NCBI GenBank assembly: GCA_963809485.1 | Contig: CAWEJX010000004.1 | Span: 384,001-448,000, forward strand | DNA from: an uncultured Acidobacteriota bacterium | GTDB taxonomy: Bacteria > Acidobacteriota > UBA6911 | DNA: 64,000 nucleotides | Reading direction: 5' to 3' | Shown here: positions 24,201-36,042 of the stretch, one piece after another | Layout of the letters: each line of letters starts with the position of its first letter | How positions within the stretch are numbered: the stretch's first letter is position 1 | Position numbers and translations under genes: made by a program | The notes under the pieces: generated by a model | The model's input: the letters and a program-made list of their open reading frames with translations, nothing else | What the model was told of the DNA's origin: nothing | The model's database searches: none

Positions 24201-26919
24201 AGTATGCTTCGTAAGGGAGACATAGGATCATAAATGCCGCCTGCGCGAAGTGCCTGGTTGCGCCATGCACTCCGGCGGCGAGATGTTGACTCAAAACTGC
24301 ATCATCCGGTTTTCGAAGCAGATCCAACACGAAGGTTATCAAAGAAGGAATCAGGATAATTCCAGCGATAGACAGGGTCCAAAACCATGGCCGTGACATG
24401 AGCATCCAGCCCAATAGCAGAAGCGCTGTCAACGCTGCAGACACGAGACTGCGGCGAAGATTGTCGAGGATTTTCCATCGAGACAATCCGGAGAGCGGAT
24501 TCTTCTGCCGGCGCCCGCCGAGACCGGGAACGCGCGGCAGCAGCCATCGTGCAATTTGCCAATCTCCGCGAATCCAGCGGTGCCGACGATCTACATCCGC
24601 GCTGTAGTCGCATGGATACTCCTCATACAACGGTACATCACTCAACAATCCCGAGCGTGCGTAGCACCCTTCCAGAAGGTCGTGGCTGAGAATCCGGTTT
24701 TCTGGCAATCGCCCCTTGAGCGACTGCTCGAACGCATCAACATCATAGATCCCCTTGCCGATGAACGAGCCTTCATGAAAGAGGTCCTGATAAACATCGG
24801 AGACGGCGCGTGTGTATGGGTCGATGCCGGGCTCACTCCCGAACAGCTTCGCGTAGCGCGACCGGTTCGAACCCGGAAGACTTGATGCCACACGCGGCTG
24901 AAGGATGCCATATCCATCACCAATGCGCTGCTTATCTTCATCGTACCGCGGACGATTCAGCGGGTGCGCCATGGCTCCAACAAGCTGACAGGCCGAATCG
25001 CGCGGGAGTTGCGTGTCGGTATCAAGCGTAATCACATACTTCACGTTCGATAAGACTTCGGTTGCGCCGATCACCTCCGAAAAATGATCCTCAGCGCCTC
25101 CGCGCAGAAGCGAATTTAGCTCTGCAAGCTTCCCTCGTTTGCGCTCGTACCCCATCCAAATTTTTTCTCCGGGATTCCATCGGCGCGGGCGATGAAAGAG
25201 GAAAAAAGCGCTGCCTTTTGCATTCCAGTATTTTTGGTTCAACTCCTCAATTCGCTTCCGGGCGAGCCGCAGCAGCGGCTCGTCCTCCGGAAGCGTTTCT
25301 TTCTGCGCGTCAGGGAAATCCGTCAATAGGCCGAAATGCAGGTTGTCGTCTCGATTTGCCAGAAAACGAACCTCGAGCGCCTCGACCAGATCTTCGATGT
25401 TTTGGACACTTGAGAGCCTGGTCGGGATCACAACCAGCGTGCGTGATTCCGGCGGAATTCCTGTGGAGAAATCCATGCGCGGCAGCAAGTCCGGCGTTGA
25501 CAGCAATCCCGCCAGCCAGTTTGCAAGCGTAACCGCCAGATGACTTCCGCACAGCAGCAAAGGGACGCCAATCAGGACGAGTAGAAAAACAGGCAATCCG
25601 TCGCTATGCGCCTCCACCAGTAATCCTCCGGCAATAATCACCGTGATCAAGGTGACGGCGCCCAGATAGAGGAGCAACGGAAACCGGCGGCTCTTTCGCT
25701 GCAAAGCCGCCCGGATAGATTGGCGCTCCTCTGCCATTCGTTCGAACTCCGGCAAGCCTCTATCGATCAGGTAAAATCCAACATGGGCCTCCCGGTCATT
25801 GCGGCCTTTCTGAGCCGCTCCCTCGCAGGCTAATTGGATCGCTTTGCGCGCGACCTCGCCTTCGGATAGTTTGCTGCGCTTCGCTATCCTCTCAACCACG
25901 TGACGGTATCTATCACGGGTGGCAAAATCCATCTTGCCGTAGATTTCGCCGGGATCGGAACGTAAGGTCTGCTCGACGACGCTCATGGTCTCGACGAACT
26001 CTCGCCAATCCATCGCGCTTAGAAATCGGAGACTGCCGATACTGTTGCTTATGGAAACCTGATCGGCAGCCTGTTGCTGGTTCTCAGATCGAACTGATTT
26101 TTCGATCGTCCCGCCAGACTCGGAGAGACGCTGCTCAATCCAGGTAAGCGGCAACGCCAGAGCGGTACTCTGTCCCTGTAGCCGGCGCGCAAATTCCGCA
26201 ACAAACGAGCTCGACGCCGGAGGATTCGATCGCGCCATGTCCGCGACCACCAAAATCAGGTTCTTCGGATCCTTGTCGGAAATCTCAATCATCTCGTCGG
26301 CCCAATGGTCGGCGCGATTCTGGTCGGCCTTGTCGGCGGCTATCCGGGCTCCGACACGCCGGAGATTTTCAATCAACGCGAGACGCAGCATGATCGGGAT
26401 GGCCCACAATTCGCCCAACTTCAACGGGGTGACGGTCTGATAGCTTGCCACGAAGCTGCTGAGCGCTTCGGGATCCACGCGTCCATCACTGTGCGAAATC
26501 GTCTCCAGAGCAATGTCATACACCCGCGGAAGATGAGATGGATTGCTCAGCAAGCGGGGTAGTTCCCTGCTATAACCTTTTGGCAAGTGTCTCTTGGCCG
26601 TGTGAATCTGCTCCTCGATCAGATAAAAGTTATCGAGCAGCCACTCCCCGGCCGGTGTAATCCTGCGGTTCGCTTTAACAGCATCCGCGAGAAGGTTGCG
26701 GATGCCAATGAGTACTTCTTCATTCTCGGCCAGCCTTGTCAGAAGCCGGTCTGAAGCGCGTCCCATACTCAACTTGTGGGAGCCGGCCAGAGTCGCGCCA
26801 TGCTGCTTCATCTGGGCTCGGCTGAATAGCTCTGATCGCAGCGGCGGCTCGTTATCGCCATACGTCTTTTCCGGGCCATTACTGCGGAGGCTCGCACTGA
26901 AATGCCGCAGGTTTCCCAT
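18232..26919 (-). CDS. ndvB: Cyclic beta-1,2-glucan synthase (Cgs/NdvB/ChvB; GT84 plus GH94 phosphorylase-like domain)
   Basis: ~2900 aa intact [78 protein letters not shown]. Start codon uncertain (26919 chosen). Confidence 0.93.
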   Translation of the reverse strand: MGNLRHFSASLRSNGPEKTYGDNEPPLRSELFSRAQMKQHGATLAGSHKLSMGRASDRLLTRLAENEEVLIGIRNLLADAVKANRRITPAGEWLLDNFYLIEEQIHTAKRHLPKGYSRELPRLLSNPSHLPRVYDIALETISHSDGRVDPEALSSFVASYQTVTPLKLGELWAIPIMLRLALIENLRRVGARIAADKADQNRADHWADEMIEISDKDPKNLILVVADMARSNPPASSSFVAEFARRLQGQSTALALPLTWIEQRLSESGGTIEKSVRSENQQQAADQVSISNSIGSLRFLSAMDWREFVETMSVVEQTLRSDPGEIYGKMDFATRDRYRHVVERIAKRSKLSEGEVARKAIQLACEGAAQKGRNDREAHVGFYLIDRGLPEFERMAEERQSIRAALQRKSRRFPLLLYLGAVTLITVIIAGGLLVEAHSDGLPVFLLVLIGVPLLLCGSHLAVTLANWLAGLLSTPDLLPRMDFSTGIPPESRTLVVIPTRLSSVQNIEDLVEALEVRFLANRDDNLHFGLLTDFPDAQKETLPEDEPLLRLARKRIEELNQKYWNAKGSAFFLFHRPRRWNPGEKIWMGYERKRGKLAELNSLLRGGAEDHFSEVIGATEVLSNVKYVITLDTDTQLPRDSACQLVGAMAHPLNRPRYDEDKQRIGDGYGILQPRVASSLPGSNRSRYAKLFGSEPGIDPYTRAVSDVYQDLFHEGSFIGKGIYDVDAFEQSLKGRLPENRILSHDLLEGCYARSGLLSDVPLYEEYPCDYSADVDRRHRWIRGDWQIARWLLPRVPGLGGRRQKNPLSGLSRWKILDNLRRSLVSAALTALLLLGWMLMSRPWFWTLSIAGIILIPSLITFVLDLLRKPDDAVLSQHLAAGVHGATRHFAQAAFMILCLPYEAYFSLDAIVRTAVRMLVTHRRILEWSLSVDPDRNRRTDIAAFWRMMWLAPAIAVATAVHLALAKPAAAGAAAPILAIWLASPIIAWWISRPLSRRAARLTADQTIFLQKLSRKTWAYFETFVGSEDHWLPPDNYQEQPAAIVGHRTSPTNMGLALLANLSAYDFGYISAGQLLERTANALRTMEALERHRGHFYNWYDTLSLKPLLPMYISTVDSGNLAGHLLTLRQGLFALPDCKILGARLFDGPRDTLRILVDATRGTAPTRLNQLQKDLESDSPPSTLAEARQRLGRLAGFAAKVADSLDADPESEAKRWALALARQCQDALDELKFLVPWISLQTSPNRLSEFPSLDEIPTLRELARLDLKLLPAIKDQLGLEACPAESEWFSEIQRLITEGTRRAKARIAAIEGLAMQSGELADMDYSFLFDKGNHLLAIGYNVSERRRDSSYYDLLASEARFCSFVAIAQGQLPQEGWFALGRLLTGPGGQPVLLSWSGSMFEYLMPLLVMPTHENTLLDQTYKEAVERQIEYGRKRRVPWGISESCYNALDVHLTYQYRAFGVPSLGLKRGLAEDLVIAPYASALALMVKPEQACLNLERLAAEGLEGKYGLYEAIDYTPSHLPRGQSSAVVRSFMAHHEGMSFLSLADLLLNHPMQKRFESDPSFQATMLLLQERIPKASAFHWHTAEISDTSATSNGPETSIRVFSSPDTPMPEVQLLSNGRYHVMVTNAGGGYSCWKNIAVTRWHEDRTSDNWGTFCYIRDTASGEFWSTAYQPALKQLQGYEAIFSEARAEFRCRNHEFDTHTEISVSPEDDIELRRIRITNQSRIRKVIEVTSYAEVVLTSPAADALHPALSNLFVRTEIIRQRQAILCTRRPRSAGEQEPWMFHLMAVHGAEIGEVSYETDRMRFIGRGHSAADPRAMTDPGALSGSEGSVLDPIAAIRHQITLDPEKTATINIVTGIGATRDACLSLVEKYQDRRLADRVFDLAWTHNQIVLRQINATEADAQLYGRLASSVIYANSSLRADPGILLKNSRGQSGLWGYAISGDLPIVLLRIRDAANIDLVRQLVQAHAYWRLKGLAVDLVIWNEDLAGYRQDLHEQIMGLIAAGTEANVTDRPGGIFVRPAEQMSNEDRILLQTVARAIITDSRGSLADQINRRGPVEAPVPRLRPTRTGSAEPPAAAALPRRDLVFFNGLGGFTPDGREYVITTARGQVTPAPWVNVLANPHFGTIISESGIGCTWSENAHEFRLTPWVNDPVSDSSGEALYIRDEESGYFWSPTPLPSPGAKPYATRHGFGYSVFEHTERGIRSELWAYVAMDAPIKFMMLKVRNESGRSRSLSATGYVEWVLGDLRPKSAMHIITEVDSTSGALFARNPYNTEFADRVAFYDVDNEIRNISGDRTEFLGRNGTLRNPAAMTHSKLSGRVGAALDPCAAIQVPFELADGEEREFIFRLGAGHDADDAGNLTHRFRGSIAARAALEAVWQYWNQTLGAVNVETPDQSLNVLANGWLLYQTLSCRLWARNGYYQPGGAFGFRDQLQDVMALIHAEPQLVRAHLLRCAARQFQEGDVQHWWHPPSGRGVRTHCSDDSLWLPLATSRYVLSTGDTGVLDEAVHFIEGRPVSAEEDSYYDLPSQSEKVASLYEHCRGAIVRGLRFGEHGLPLIGSGDWNDGMNMVGEHGQGESIWLGFFLHEVLMQFEEVARRYGDVSFAERCWQEAARVRQKIEQNGWDGEWYRRAYFDDGSPLGSASNPECQIDSIAQSWSVLSGAGNADRSRMAMAAVDQRLVRRDHALIQLLDPPFDRSDLNPGYIKGYVPGVRENGGQYTHAAIWAVMAFAALGEKQRAWELFAMINPVNHAKSPERIAAYKVEPYVVAADVYALSPHIGRGGWTWYTGSAGWMYRLIVESLLGLKLEVDRLRFAPCLPADWKSFKVHYRYRETLYHIDILQTLASDGGMTVTVDGIKQDGETIPLVDDRQEHSVEVIIYVVSP

Positions 26920-27224
26920 TACCGTCCGGCTTGCCTTCAAGTTGATCCCCCCTATTTGGCAGCAAACTCTCAAAAACGCGGACCGCAACCAGAGACGCTC
27001 ATTGGGATCGGTCCCGGAGCGGATCGATCCGTTCGATCCCAAAACCTGCGATGCTGTTTTCGCTTTAGCCGGACACAGCAATTGTTGTTTGCGCTGTTTT
27101 GTTTTCCAGTCCCGATGCCTGCCGCAAGAGTCCGACAGCGCTTTTTAAAATGAAGTCGAAGAAGCAAAAAAACGCCCGGGGCCTAATCCTTGTCGTTAGG
27201 ACGCATTCCAGTGACAGGCAATGA

Positions 27225-28613
27225 CTACTCCTTGATGCAATTGACGCGCTGACTTTTAAAATCTGCGTATGCCTTGCAGTCCACACGGATATTGCTCCGG
27301 TACGAGAGATTGGCCACAAGGCTGATTAGCGGCGCGCGGCGCTGCCACACGTTGCTGCATAGCCTCCGCAGAATGCGCGGCACGGAATAGAATTCCCGAT
27401 TGCAGGACATCATCTCCTGGATGACAGCGTCCAGAGACAGATTTGTATATTGAGCCACAGGATAGGTCAGCGTGTAGTACTTCCAGTCGCCCGGGTAAGT
27501 ATTGAGAGCGATGCGACCGTCCGCCTTCATCTGATCCCACAAGCGCGTACCGGGAAGGGGCGTTAGAAACAGAGCATTGAGATTGTCCAGGCCGTAATGG
27601 CTGGCCATGTCGGCGATACGTTCTCCGATGCCCGATTGGTCCACGTCCAAGCCGATGATAAAGGATCCCACGATCATTATGTTGTGTCGTTGTATGCGCC
27701 GGACGGAGGCGCGGATATCGCGGCCCTTCAAAAGGTTGAATTTCTTGCCGAGCTCCAGGAGCCCTTCCGGAGAGGGGGATTCAAAGCCGATGAAGACACC
27801 TCTGCACCCAGCCTTCGAGGCCAACGCCATGAGTTCTTCGTCATCGGCAAAGTTAATGGTGGCTTGGCCAACCCATTCCTTTTGCAGGTTTGCCTTCGCC
27901 ATGGCGCGGAACAGGTCTTTGGCGCGCGCGATGTGTCCCGTGCGAGTGCCAATGAGGTTGTCGTCAACCACCAAAACCCGTTTCTCGCGGATCGACTGGA
28001 ATTCCCGTATGACATCCGGAATAGGCCGCTGCCGGTAGCGGGCCCCGTTAAATGCCGTCACGCTGCAAAAGGTGCAGTTTAGGGGACAGCCGCGCGTGGT
28101 CTGAATGGCCCCAAAGGCATATTTTGCAGGCAACAGATCATGACGCGCAAGCGGGACATCCTTTATCTCGGCCAGCCCTCCGTTATATCGGGGCTTCAGG
28201 TTGCCCCGCCGGGCGTCCTCCAGGACCTGCGGCCAGACGGCCTCGGCTTCTCCCGTGACCACGGAATCCACGCGCGCCATGACCTCGTCCAGGCACATGG
28301 TGGCGTGGATGCCGCCCATGATGACGGGCACGCCCAGACGACGGAAGAAACCGGCTACTTCATAGGCGCGGTTCGCCTGCGAGGTGAAGGCGGTAATTCC
28401 CACCAGGTCCGGCCTCGGCATTGCCGGATAGTCAGGCTTACCAAGATTCTCGTCAACGATCGTAATCTCCCATTCTGGTGAAGTCAGGCCTGCGAGAACC
28501 ATAAGGCTGAGCGGCTTCCACACCCGGTAACGGTTCCATCGGCTTTCCTTGACTTTGACGATGCTTACCAGGGGATTGGATGGATTGATCAGATATAGTC
28601 GCATGGCGTCCAT
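27225..28613 (-). CDS. B12-binding domain radical SAM protein
   Basis: GGIHAT, GEAE, TTRGCPLNCTFC (CxxxCxxC), VDDN, FIGFES, TPLPGT. Confidence 0.9.
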   Translation of the reverse strand: MDAMRLYLINPSNPLVSIVKVKESRWNRYRVWKPLSLMVLAGLTSPEWEITIVDENLGKPDYPAMPRPDLVGITAFTSQANRAYEVAGFFRRLGVPVIMGGIHATMCLDEVMARVDSVVTGEAEAVWPQVLEDARRGNLKPRYNGGLAEIKDVPLARHDLLPAKYAFGAIQTTRGCPLNCTFCSVTAFNGARYRQRPIPDVIREFQSIREKRVLVVDDNLIGTRTGHIARAKDLFRAMAKANLQKEWVGQATINFADDEELMALASKAGCRGVFIGFESPSPEGLLELGKKFNLLKGRDIRASVRRIQRHNIMIVGSFIIGLDVDQSGIGERIADMASHYGLDNLNALFLTPLPGTRLWDQMKADGRIALNTYPGDWKYYTLTYPVAQYTNLSLDAVIQEMMSCNREFYSVPRILRRLCSNVWQRRAPLISLVANLSYRSNIRVDCKAYADFKSQRVNCIKE

Positions 28614-28992
28614 TCACTCAGAGATAGGAATTCAGCTTATACATACCCTGGCAGCAATCCGGTGTCAGCGCAGTTCTGCTCACGCTTATGTTCAAAATTG
28701 CTCATCCTGGATGTATTTGGCAAATTCGCTCAATGAACCATCCGGAAGGACCGGCCCGCGGGCCGACACCGCGGGATCATGGGACTGAAATGGTCATCCT
28801 GCTCGGTGAACGCCAATAATCGATGGCATAGGTTCGCGGACCATTGCTATCCGGTTCAAGCCTTCCTTTTGTGTATTCCCGAAAATCATACGTTTGTACT
28901 GCTCTGCGCTTCCGGAATGGGCAATCTATCTTTCCGCCCCTCCGGCTGAGCCGGGTTCATCATGGAGAATTGCAGAGGACTCGACATCGATT

Positions 28993-29650
28993 CTATTTGT
29001 GCAAGACTATGCCAAGGAGGCCACTATGGACCGTCAATCCGCTGCGGTCGTGGTCGATCAAGCCAAGGTTCCCGAACTTCCGCAAAAGGCGACTAATTTG
29101 CGATCGGGTCGTGCCGACCATTTGCGCCAGGCTATCCTGACTGACTTCTGGGAAGTATAGTTTCGGCTCTGCTTTCCTTGCCATAGTGAGCGAGCAGCAA
29201 TAGGATTTGAGCCAGACGGCTCTCGCTTGAGTTGAGAAGATGGTCAACGAGAGTTTCCTGGTATTGGCTTCTGCGTGAAAGCAGATGCTGGACAAACAGC
29301 TCCGAAATGTCGTGCTGTTCGTGGAGGATACGCGCCATCAGGGACTTCTCAATCTTGTCGAGAGTGCAATCTGTCATGGCCATAGCCGTCGCCATGCGCG
29401 ATGTCTGACCTGCAAGACATCCCTCACCGAAGAACTCGCCGGGGCTTAGAATGGCAACAATCGCCTCCTTGCCCTGTCGGGACATAACCGTGAGCTTCAC
29501 TTTGCCTCGCCTGAGATAGAACAAAGAATCCGCAGGCTGTCCTTGCCGGAAGATGCTGCGGTTCGTTCCGTATTCTATAATGGTCTTCCCGCGGAAGACG
29601 CCAGTGAGGACAGCTTCCCAATCGACAGTGTGGTCTTTCTTATCCGGCAT
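28993..29650 (-). CDS. Crp/Fnr family regulator, one +1 frameshift (~29145)
   Basis: IFRQG.PADSLFY...GEFFGEGCLAGQ..RMATA cNMP domain. The HTH SQDSLAQMVGTTRSQIS is in the adjacent frame. Confidence 0.85.
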
Positions 29651-29914
29651 AACAATCTCAGGCTGCTTGTTTTAGCTGAGCCGTAACATCAGGATCAACT
29701 TTTTTTGGGGCAATGCGTCCTGCCCGCTCACGAGTTAGCGTCACCGTAATGCGGTTTCACTTGGCTTTTGAAGGGCTCAGTAAAGACATCACAATTTTAC
29801 GTCAAACGGATATGATAATCAAACGGATGAGAGGCTCCGGCGACAATCCGCTGGCTTTCTACCGGCCTGGTGGGCAAGCTCTCATAGCCGCATTGGCCTT
29901 GTTTGAATAAGCTT

Positions 29915-29976
29915 AACCGCAGATTTCCACAGATCCAGGGCGCAGTATCGGTGAAAATCCGCAAAAGTCCGCGGTT
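29915..29976. repeat. Imperfect palindromic REP-like element
   Basis: AACCGCAGATTT...AAGTCCGCGGTT ends, just 3' of the radical SAM gene. Confidence 0.4.
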
Positions 29977-29991
29977 GAATATTTTGGGGAA

Positions 29992-31476
29992 CTAAGGCGA
30001 CCGTTCAAAAATCTTGCGGAAGTGAAAGCCGTAGATTGCAAAGGTGATTGCCATCGGGAAAAGCTCGGGACGGCGAAACAGCGACCAGAAAAAAAGCTTC
30101 CAATAGTGGATTCGCTCTTTACCGACGACTCCCAAAAAGACAATGGATTTGGAAAGCGCTATAAGGTGGGTTGTGCGGATTCGTGCCCTTCTGCTATGAA
30201 GCGGCTTGTAGGTCCTCAGGAATTCAAGAACGCGCGCGTAGTATTCCTTTGGAGAGTAGATTGTCCCAACGACTTTCTTGTACCCGTCCAGGAGAACCTC
30301 AGCGTTCATCTTAGGGATGAAATTCAGCGAGAAGTCCGTGTTGTCCCCGGTGCTGGAACTCAGCAGCCTTCCCTCTGCGACTAATCGCTGATGAAGCCGG
30401 GTCCCGCGAGGGGCGTTCAGGATCCCGACCATGGCGGTGACAATACCGCTGTCACGTATGAATGCGATGAGTGTATTAAAAATTGACGGCGGATCATTGT
30501 CAAAACCCAGGATGAATCCCGCCGTAGACCTGAAGCCCGGAACGCTGGATGGCATGGACAGAGCCGAGCAAATCACGGTTCTTGTTGGGTATCTTCCTGC
30601 ATTCGAGCAGGCTGCTTTCGTTGGGGCTCTCGATACCCACAAAAACGCTTTCAAATCCTGCCCGCACCATCAGGTGCATCAGCTCCTCGTCATCAGACAT
30701 GTTGAGGGATGCCTCGGTGGAGAGAGAAAACGGATGGTCGTAGCGGTCCATCCACTCGATGAGACCGGGAAGAATCTGCTCCTTTAGTTTGCCTTTGTTC
30801 CCGATGAAGTTGTCATCGACGAAGAACACATGTCCGCGCCATCCGAGCAGGCGCAGCTGGTCCATCTCCGCGATGATTTGCTCAATGGTTTTTGTGCGCG
30901 GTACGCGCCCGTAAAGAACGGTGATATCGCAGAACTCGCAGTCGTAGGGACAGCCCCGCGAGTATTGAAGGTTCATGCTCGCGTAGTGGCGGAAGTCTAT
31001 GAGTTCCCAAAGAGGGGCCGGTGTCGTTGTGATGTCGGCCCACTGCGTTGTGGTGTAGAGATGCTGTGCGCGGGAATGGGCGAGATCCTCAAGAAAGAGC
31101 GGGAGGGTGATTTCCGCCTCATTCAGCACAAAGTGATCCACACCCTCGAATTCATCATGCCGTGCGGTAAACAGAGGGCCGCCGGCAACGACCTTTGTCC
31201 CGAGTCTGTTGCATCGCTCTATGACAGCTCTGTGCAGACGCCTCCTGAACGGACATCGCACTCAGAAACACATAGTCTGCCCGGGCTATCTCGCTGTCTT
31301 TGAGCGCACGGACATTGAGATCAACCAGCGTTTTCTGCCATTCGGCCGGGGAGCATGGCAGCCACGGTCAAAAGGCCCAGGGGCGGTTCGCCGGCTTTCT
31401 TTGAAACAAACCTTAATGCGTGCCTGAAGCTCCAGAATGTATCGGGAACCCGGGGGGAGACAAGGAGGATTTTCAT
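29992..31476 (-). CDS. B12-binding radical SAM protein with DUF4070-type C-terminus, three +1 frameshifts
   Basis: [63 protein letters not shown]. Frameshifts at ~31345, ~31232 and ~30525; 1485 minus 3 nt gives 494 codons. Confidence 0.8.
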
Positions 31477-31597
31477 GGCACTCTTCCTTCGCAGTGAAGG
31501 CGGGACCGGAAAGGAAGGAATCTTGACAAAACGTTCTCTCGTCGGACTTCCCTTGTCACGCCATACAAAAGCACATGCGTTTGTGCGATACTTGATT

Positions 31598-31730
31598 TTA
31601 AGCCTTTCTCAAGGGCGAATCCATTCCCAGTTGAAACTCCCGGCATCGGGAAAGATCTTGCGCGTAGATCAAAGATATTGAAAGCGCAGCCCCTAAAACC
31701 AAAATCACGAAGTTTCGAGCACTGATCCTT
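31598..31730 (-). pseudogene. N-terminal remnant of a secreted hypothetical protein
   Basis: Signal-like ISARNFVILVLGAALSISLIYA-QDLSRCREFQLGM, then truncation. Confidence 0.3.
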
Positions 31731-31846
31731 GACGCCCTCCTTAGGATTTGATCCTTTGCAATTTGAAGGGTGCATTCAACCGGAGAGATCAGCCGCACGG
31801 ACGCGTCCGGCTGGCTCCTCCCGAACCACATCATGCCGTTCTCCCT

Positions 31847-31976
31847 TTATTGGGACTCGGCACTTGCGGCTCGTGCCCCTTTGCTTTCCAGCAATAGCTT
31901 CTTCCGCAACTCACGGGTGCGTTTTTGGCGGAGATTCCTTTTCATGCGTTCCCGATCAAACCTGGCTTTGTCGCCA
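31847..31976 (-). pseudogene. Small basic protein paralogue (GDKARF family), original start apparently lost
   Basis: GDKARFDRERMKRNLRQKRTRELRKKLL aligns with 36951-37079. A TGA lies two codons upstream of the Gly; an internal ATG is at 31945. Confidence 0.5.
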
Positions 31977-32016
31977 CTATATCAATATAATTTATGGATA
32001 ATCGGGTGTCCGTTCG

Positions 32017-32331
32017 CTATTCCGATGGTTTTTTAAACGATTTTCGCTTCAGGTTGGGATGGAGGGCGCGATATTGTGCAATATCTGATCCGGTTACCTG
32101 GACAAGATCGTACATCTGATTGGCGGTCTCGCTTCTGAGATCGGCCAAAACTTTTTGATAGCAGAGATCGGGTGCTTCCTGAACCATCAACTGTTTCGTG
32201 AGAAAGACGGAGTTCAATATAGTCAATATGAGCAGCCTGACGCTCCTGTCTTCATTTTCTATTTTAAACCCGTACTCTGAATACTCCGGCCTGGAAATCT
32301 TCCCAAGATACATCAACAGGGGAAAAATCAT
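32017..32331 (-). CDS. Hypothetical protein
   Basis: 104-aa ORF with AGGA upstream. EYGFKI...LTILNSVF....MVQEAPDLCYQKV resembles small acidobacterial hypotheticals (recall). Confidence 0.55.
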   Translation of the reverse strand: MIFPLLMYLGKISRPEYSEYGFKIENEDRSVRLLILTILNSVFLTKQLMVQEAPDLCYQKVLADLRSETANQMYDLVQVTGSDIAQYRALHPNLKRKSFKKPSE

Positions 32332-32683
32332 TGGCGTCTTTCCTGTCTTAATCCAACCAAAACCCGTTCATATTTCCCGTCTGTGACCACAATCGGCATC
32401 TCGGAATGGGGCAATTTGTGGAAGTCTTGTAATAAGCCTTACCCTATAGTCCTGGTCGATCAGATGCGCGTTGCTCTTTCGATACATGAGTCTATCGAGT
32501 GTCAAATAGGAAAGATGTTCCATTACCCCGGCATCGGTAAGCTTAACAAAAACCAACTCTCAACCTTTTCTCCTGTATCCATGCAACGCCGACCGCACGC
32601 TTGTGCACGCGGACAGCTCTCTTCCGAGAATTCTCCAAGCTTTCGCATGTCATAAATTCTCTCTGGAATTTGGTCCCCAAGTT

Positions 32684-32998
32684 TTACGCCGGGGCTTTGA
32701 TTTTCTCGGTGCACGCAATTCTTATTTCGACCTGATCCAATTTATGCTCAACATCCGTTAGATCGGTCTGCATCACGGCACGCTTTTCGGCCGCAATCTC
32801 GGAACGGGCTTCGAGCCGCTTGATTCGTCGTTCCAGGGCAGCCCGATCGATTATCCAACAGATAAAGACGAACAGCGAGGGAGTGAGCGCAGCAAAGAGC
32901 AGCAACGCATTAGCAGAGTTGTAAGCAATTCCATGCCATAGAGAGTAAAATGCGGCCGCTCCCCAAAAACATGCCAGGTAGTTTTTCCACGCAATCAT
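32684..32998 (-). CDS. Hypothetical two-TM membrane protein with coiled-coil tail
   Basis: GGGAGG RBS before ATG 32998; two hydrophobic segments, then ALERRIKRLEARSE. Confidence 0.5.
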   Translation of the reverse strand: MIAWKNYLACFWGAAAFYSLWHGIAYNSANALLLFAALTPSLFVFICWIIDRAALERRIKRLEARSEIAAEKRAVMQTDLTDVEHKLDQVEIRIACTEKIKAPA

Positions 32999-33074
32999 AC
33001 CGTCCTCCCGGATCCCTGCAACTCGCCGGATGCGATCTTTCTGCCGCAGAGGCCGCGCCATCCAACCACTTCCA

Positions 33075-33200
33075 TCTTTCTCATCCACGACCTTAGCCGC
33101 CTCTCCTTCGACATCTTCCGCAACGACTTACGGCAGCCGGCTGCTCCTCGCGATCTGGTCCAATGACGGGAGAGGCTCCTTCATCGAGTTGAACTTCTCC
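33075..33200 (-). pseudogene. Degenerate internal groEL fragment
   Basis: DNA aligns by eye with 16900-17020. It reads [33 protein letters not shown] versus [35 protein letters not shown]. Confidence 0.7.
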
Positions 33201-33268
33201 GCATGCGGCAAAATCAAATAGTCGCTCAGTTCCGCTTTTAATGCTATACCTGCGGAATCCGTATATTG

Positions 33269-33306
33269 GGTCAATATTGCTCACATCTCTGGTTAATATT
33301 GCTCAC
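33269..33306. promoter_or_regulatory. Tandem 16-bp motif (22-bp period), second copy
   Basis: GGTCAATATTGCTCAC-ATCTCT-GGTTAATATTGCTCAC. Confidence 0.5.
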
Positions 33307-33839
33307 TCTGGGAATGGAGGATGCGGAGCAAATGGAGGGAAAAGCCCTGGTTGGCAATCTCTCCACCTCCGCGGGAAAATGAAGTCCCATGATTTTTTTT
33401 ATAAACGGGATCCGTAGAATCCGGGTTTCGAATTGGCGTCCAGGATTATGCGCCGCTGTCCTATGCCGAGATCCTCGGTATATTTCAGGTCAGTCATTCA
33501 GACCATCAACAGGCTACGGACCGAACCTCCAAAGATCCGCCAATTTGATACTTTTGAGGCTTGCTTGCCTTGCGTTTCCAATAGCATTTTAGCCTTTGAA
33601 TTTGGGAGAACACATTTTGAGCAGCGGTTGTCAGCTGCTTCCGGTATCGCCGTTATCCTGGGAGTTCGAATCCAGGCCACTTGTCCCGCTATCGACTACA
33701 GGACCAAGCAGAGTATCTGAGACACCGCTCACTGCTTCCGCTGAGACTCCGCGGGATTTGCCGTGATCTCCAATCGATGTTGCTTATGGTAAGAAGATTT
33801 CCAGTAGGCTGCTCGCACCGCAGGCTCTACGCGTGTGAG

Positions 33840-35420
33840 TTAACCGGGTCGGTGTTCCTTACCCCTTGAGTGCGATGGATTTTCGAGGGAGAGGCTTCTT
33901 GGCTGCGACCTAAGCTTCATCTTTAGTGCTTGCGAGATCACCCTGAGGATGAGATATCGATTCTGGAAGAGAATCCTTACCCAATCCCCCCGGCTCATCT
34001 GGGGGAAGTAGATGCCCCGGAATGCCAGGCGAGAGAGTAGATGTATGATGCGGTCTGGAAGTGGCCGCGATTCCAACCACCGCATGGCGGAGGCGTTAGC
34101 CGCCGGCGTGTAGGATGACTCCCAGGCCTCGCGCACCTCTGCTTCCGCCTGTTCAGAGGAAATGCCCAAGGGTGAAAAATCCATGCTGAAAGGCTTGAAC
34201 TCCAGCCAATGCTTCGGTCGGGTGAGCCGACCGGCTAAAGCCAGCCGCTCATAGAGGGGAGTTGCCGGGTAAGGCGTCAGCAATCCGAACACGGGCAGCC
34301 CGGGGGGCCAGAAACGGATGACGTCCAGGGTGCGTCTGGCTATACCGGGGTGGTCGCCGTCCATGCCAAAAATAAAGGCCGTGATTGCATAAACGCCGTG
34401 CCGGGCGAGGCGCTCCAAAATCTCCTTGTATTCTTCCGGCTTGTTAAAGCCTTTCTGCATGCTCTTGAGGTTTGTCGAGTCAATAGACTCGAGACCAATA
34501 AAGATCCACTTGCAGCCGCTCTCGGCTATCAAGGAAACCAATTCCTCGTCCCGTAGCAGGTTCATGCTGATCTGCCCCACCCAGGGAACTTGCGCGTTGC
34601 GGGCGATAATCTCCCGCAGCAAGGACTTGGTGCGTTTTGGATTGATGGCCAAATTGTCGTCGATGAAGAAGACCGCGATCTTCCCTTTTTGCCGTTTCTC
34701 CAGGGACTTCAGCTTCAAGAGTTCATTGACGACACTGTCGTTCGAGCGGAAGCGAATCGAGTCACCGAAAAATCCAGTCACGGTGCAGAATTCGCACCCG
34801 TAAGGGCAGCCCCTGCCGGTTTCAATTGGAAACAGGTGAAAGGTCTGCCAGCTCATGCCGACATACGAAAGCATCCATCGCGCCCACCTGGGGAAGTGCC
34901 GGATCAGGTTGAATTGATCCAGATCCATCCGATCCCAAGGAATCACAGGATAGTCATCCAGGGCAGGCTTGACTGCCTCACCGGCAGCATCCAGAGCAAC
35001 ATAGGTTTCTTGCAGCATGCCCCGCGCCGCGTCCGCAACAATCGTCGGCCAAATTTGGTCAGCCTCCCCCAAGGCCACTGAGTCGGCATGGCGAGATCCG
35101 CCATCGCGCCCCAGCGCCTCTTCGGGTAACTCGGTAACATGCGGACCTCCCATTATCACGGGAACGCCGGCTGCGCGCACCGCATCGGCCATCTGGTAGG
35201 CTTTCCGTATCATGCGCGTCATGGCACCGATCCCGACCAGGCCGATGTTTTTCTCCCGAACGTACTGCACCAACTCCGTCTCGCTCAGGCGCTGAGAGTT
35301 GCCGTCCACGAGAAAAACTTCGTGACCTTCCGGTGTGAGCGATTTGAGCAGAAACATCCAAAGGTGCGGCATGAAGTTATTGGTGACTTCATTATCAGGA
35401 TTGTAGAGCAAAATATTCAT
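33840..35420 (-). CDS. B12-binding domain radical SAM protein
   Basis: MNILLYNPD...FMPHLWM, GGPHVT, GRGCPYGCEFC, FFIDDN, FIGLES, TPYPATPLY. Confidence 0.9.
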   Translation of the reverse strand: MNILLYNPDNEVTNNFMPHLWMFLLKSLTPEGHEVFLVDGNSQRLSETELVQYVREKNIGLVGIGAMTRMIRKAYQMADAVRAAGVPVIMGGPHVTELPEEALGRDGGSRHADSVALGEADQIWPTIVADAARGMLQETYVALDAAGEAVKPALDDYPVIPWDRMDLDQFNLIRHFPRWARWMLSYVGMSWQTFHLFPIETGRGCPYGCEFCTVTGFFGDSIRFRSNDSVVNELLKLKSLEKRQKGKIAVFFIDDNLAINPKRTKSLLREIIARNAQVPWVGQISMNLLRDEELVSLIAESGCKWIFIGLESIDSTNLKSMQKGFNKPEEYKEILERLARHGVYAITAFIFGMDGDHPGIARRTLDVIRFWPPGLPVFGLLTPYPATPLYERLALAGRLTRPKHWLEFKPFSMDFSPLGISSEQAEAEVREAWESSYTPAANASAMRWLESRPLPDRIIHLLSRLAFRGIYFPQMSRGDWVRILFQNRYLILRVISQALKMKLRSQPRSLSLENPSHSRGKEHRPG

Positions 35421-36042
35421 CCGGCTCCGGAACGCTTGAACCATCGCTGAGTTTTATGACTCCAGCCCCTCTTGCAGGTCTACCGGCCAAATACATCTGT
35501 GAGCAAGCTAATGATACGGGCAGCGGGATTAGTGCAGATATTGCGCTCTGCTCGGCCAGGAGCAGGTACGCAAAACAAGGGGCCCGATGCCAGCCAATAA
35601 AAGTTGTCGTGCTTCACAGTGGATGTGTAGACTCCACTGATTGCTCCGATGATCCCACGAAGTCCGCAAGTGCGAATTATACACCCAAGCGAGGGCACAA
35701 CCTTGGAATTCTTAATGCGCCCGCCTGTCCGGCCTACCATGAGGAACCGAGATCACCTCTCTGACTGGATTCGAGGACACGATGAATGCTTGACCCGGCC
35801 TCCGCTACAGTAAGGCTCAGCTTGTGTTCTTTATGAACAGAATCCATGCATAGCCCTGAATATCAGGAGTTATTGGGAGCCGATTTCTGATGCGATATCG
35901 GATGGCTTGGCGGACTTTGCCCTTGCTGTGCAGTATCTCATTGTTCCTGGGCTCTAAAGGGAGTACTGTTGTACCAGCCACTTAGCGCCCCTGCGTTTCC
36001 GCTCTTGGGCATCGACGCTATCCAGACAAAGGAGATGGCAAA

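Noticed and set aside
28894-29160. Plus-strand 88-aa ORF with an apparent AGGAGG RBS
   Set aside because: It is antisense to the Crp HTH coding region.
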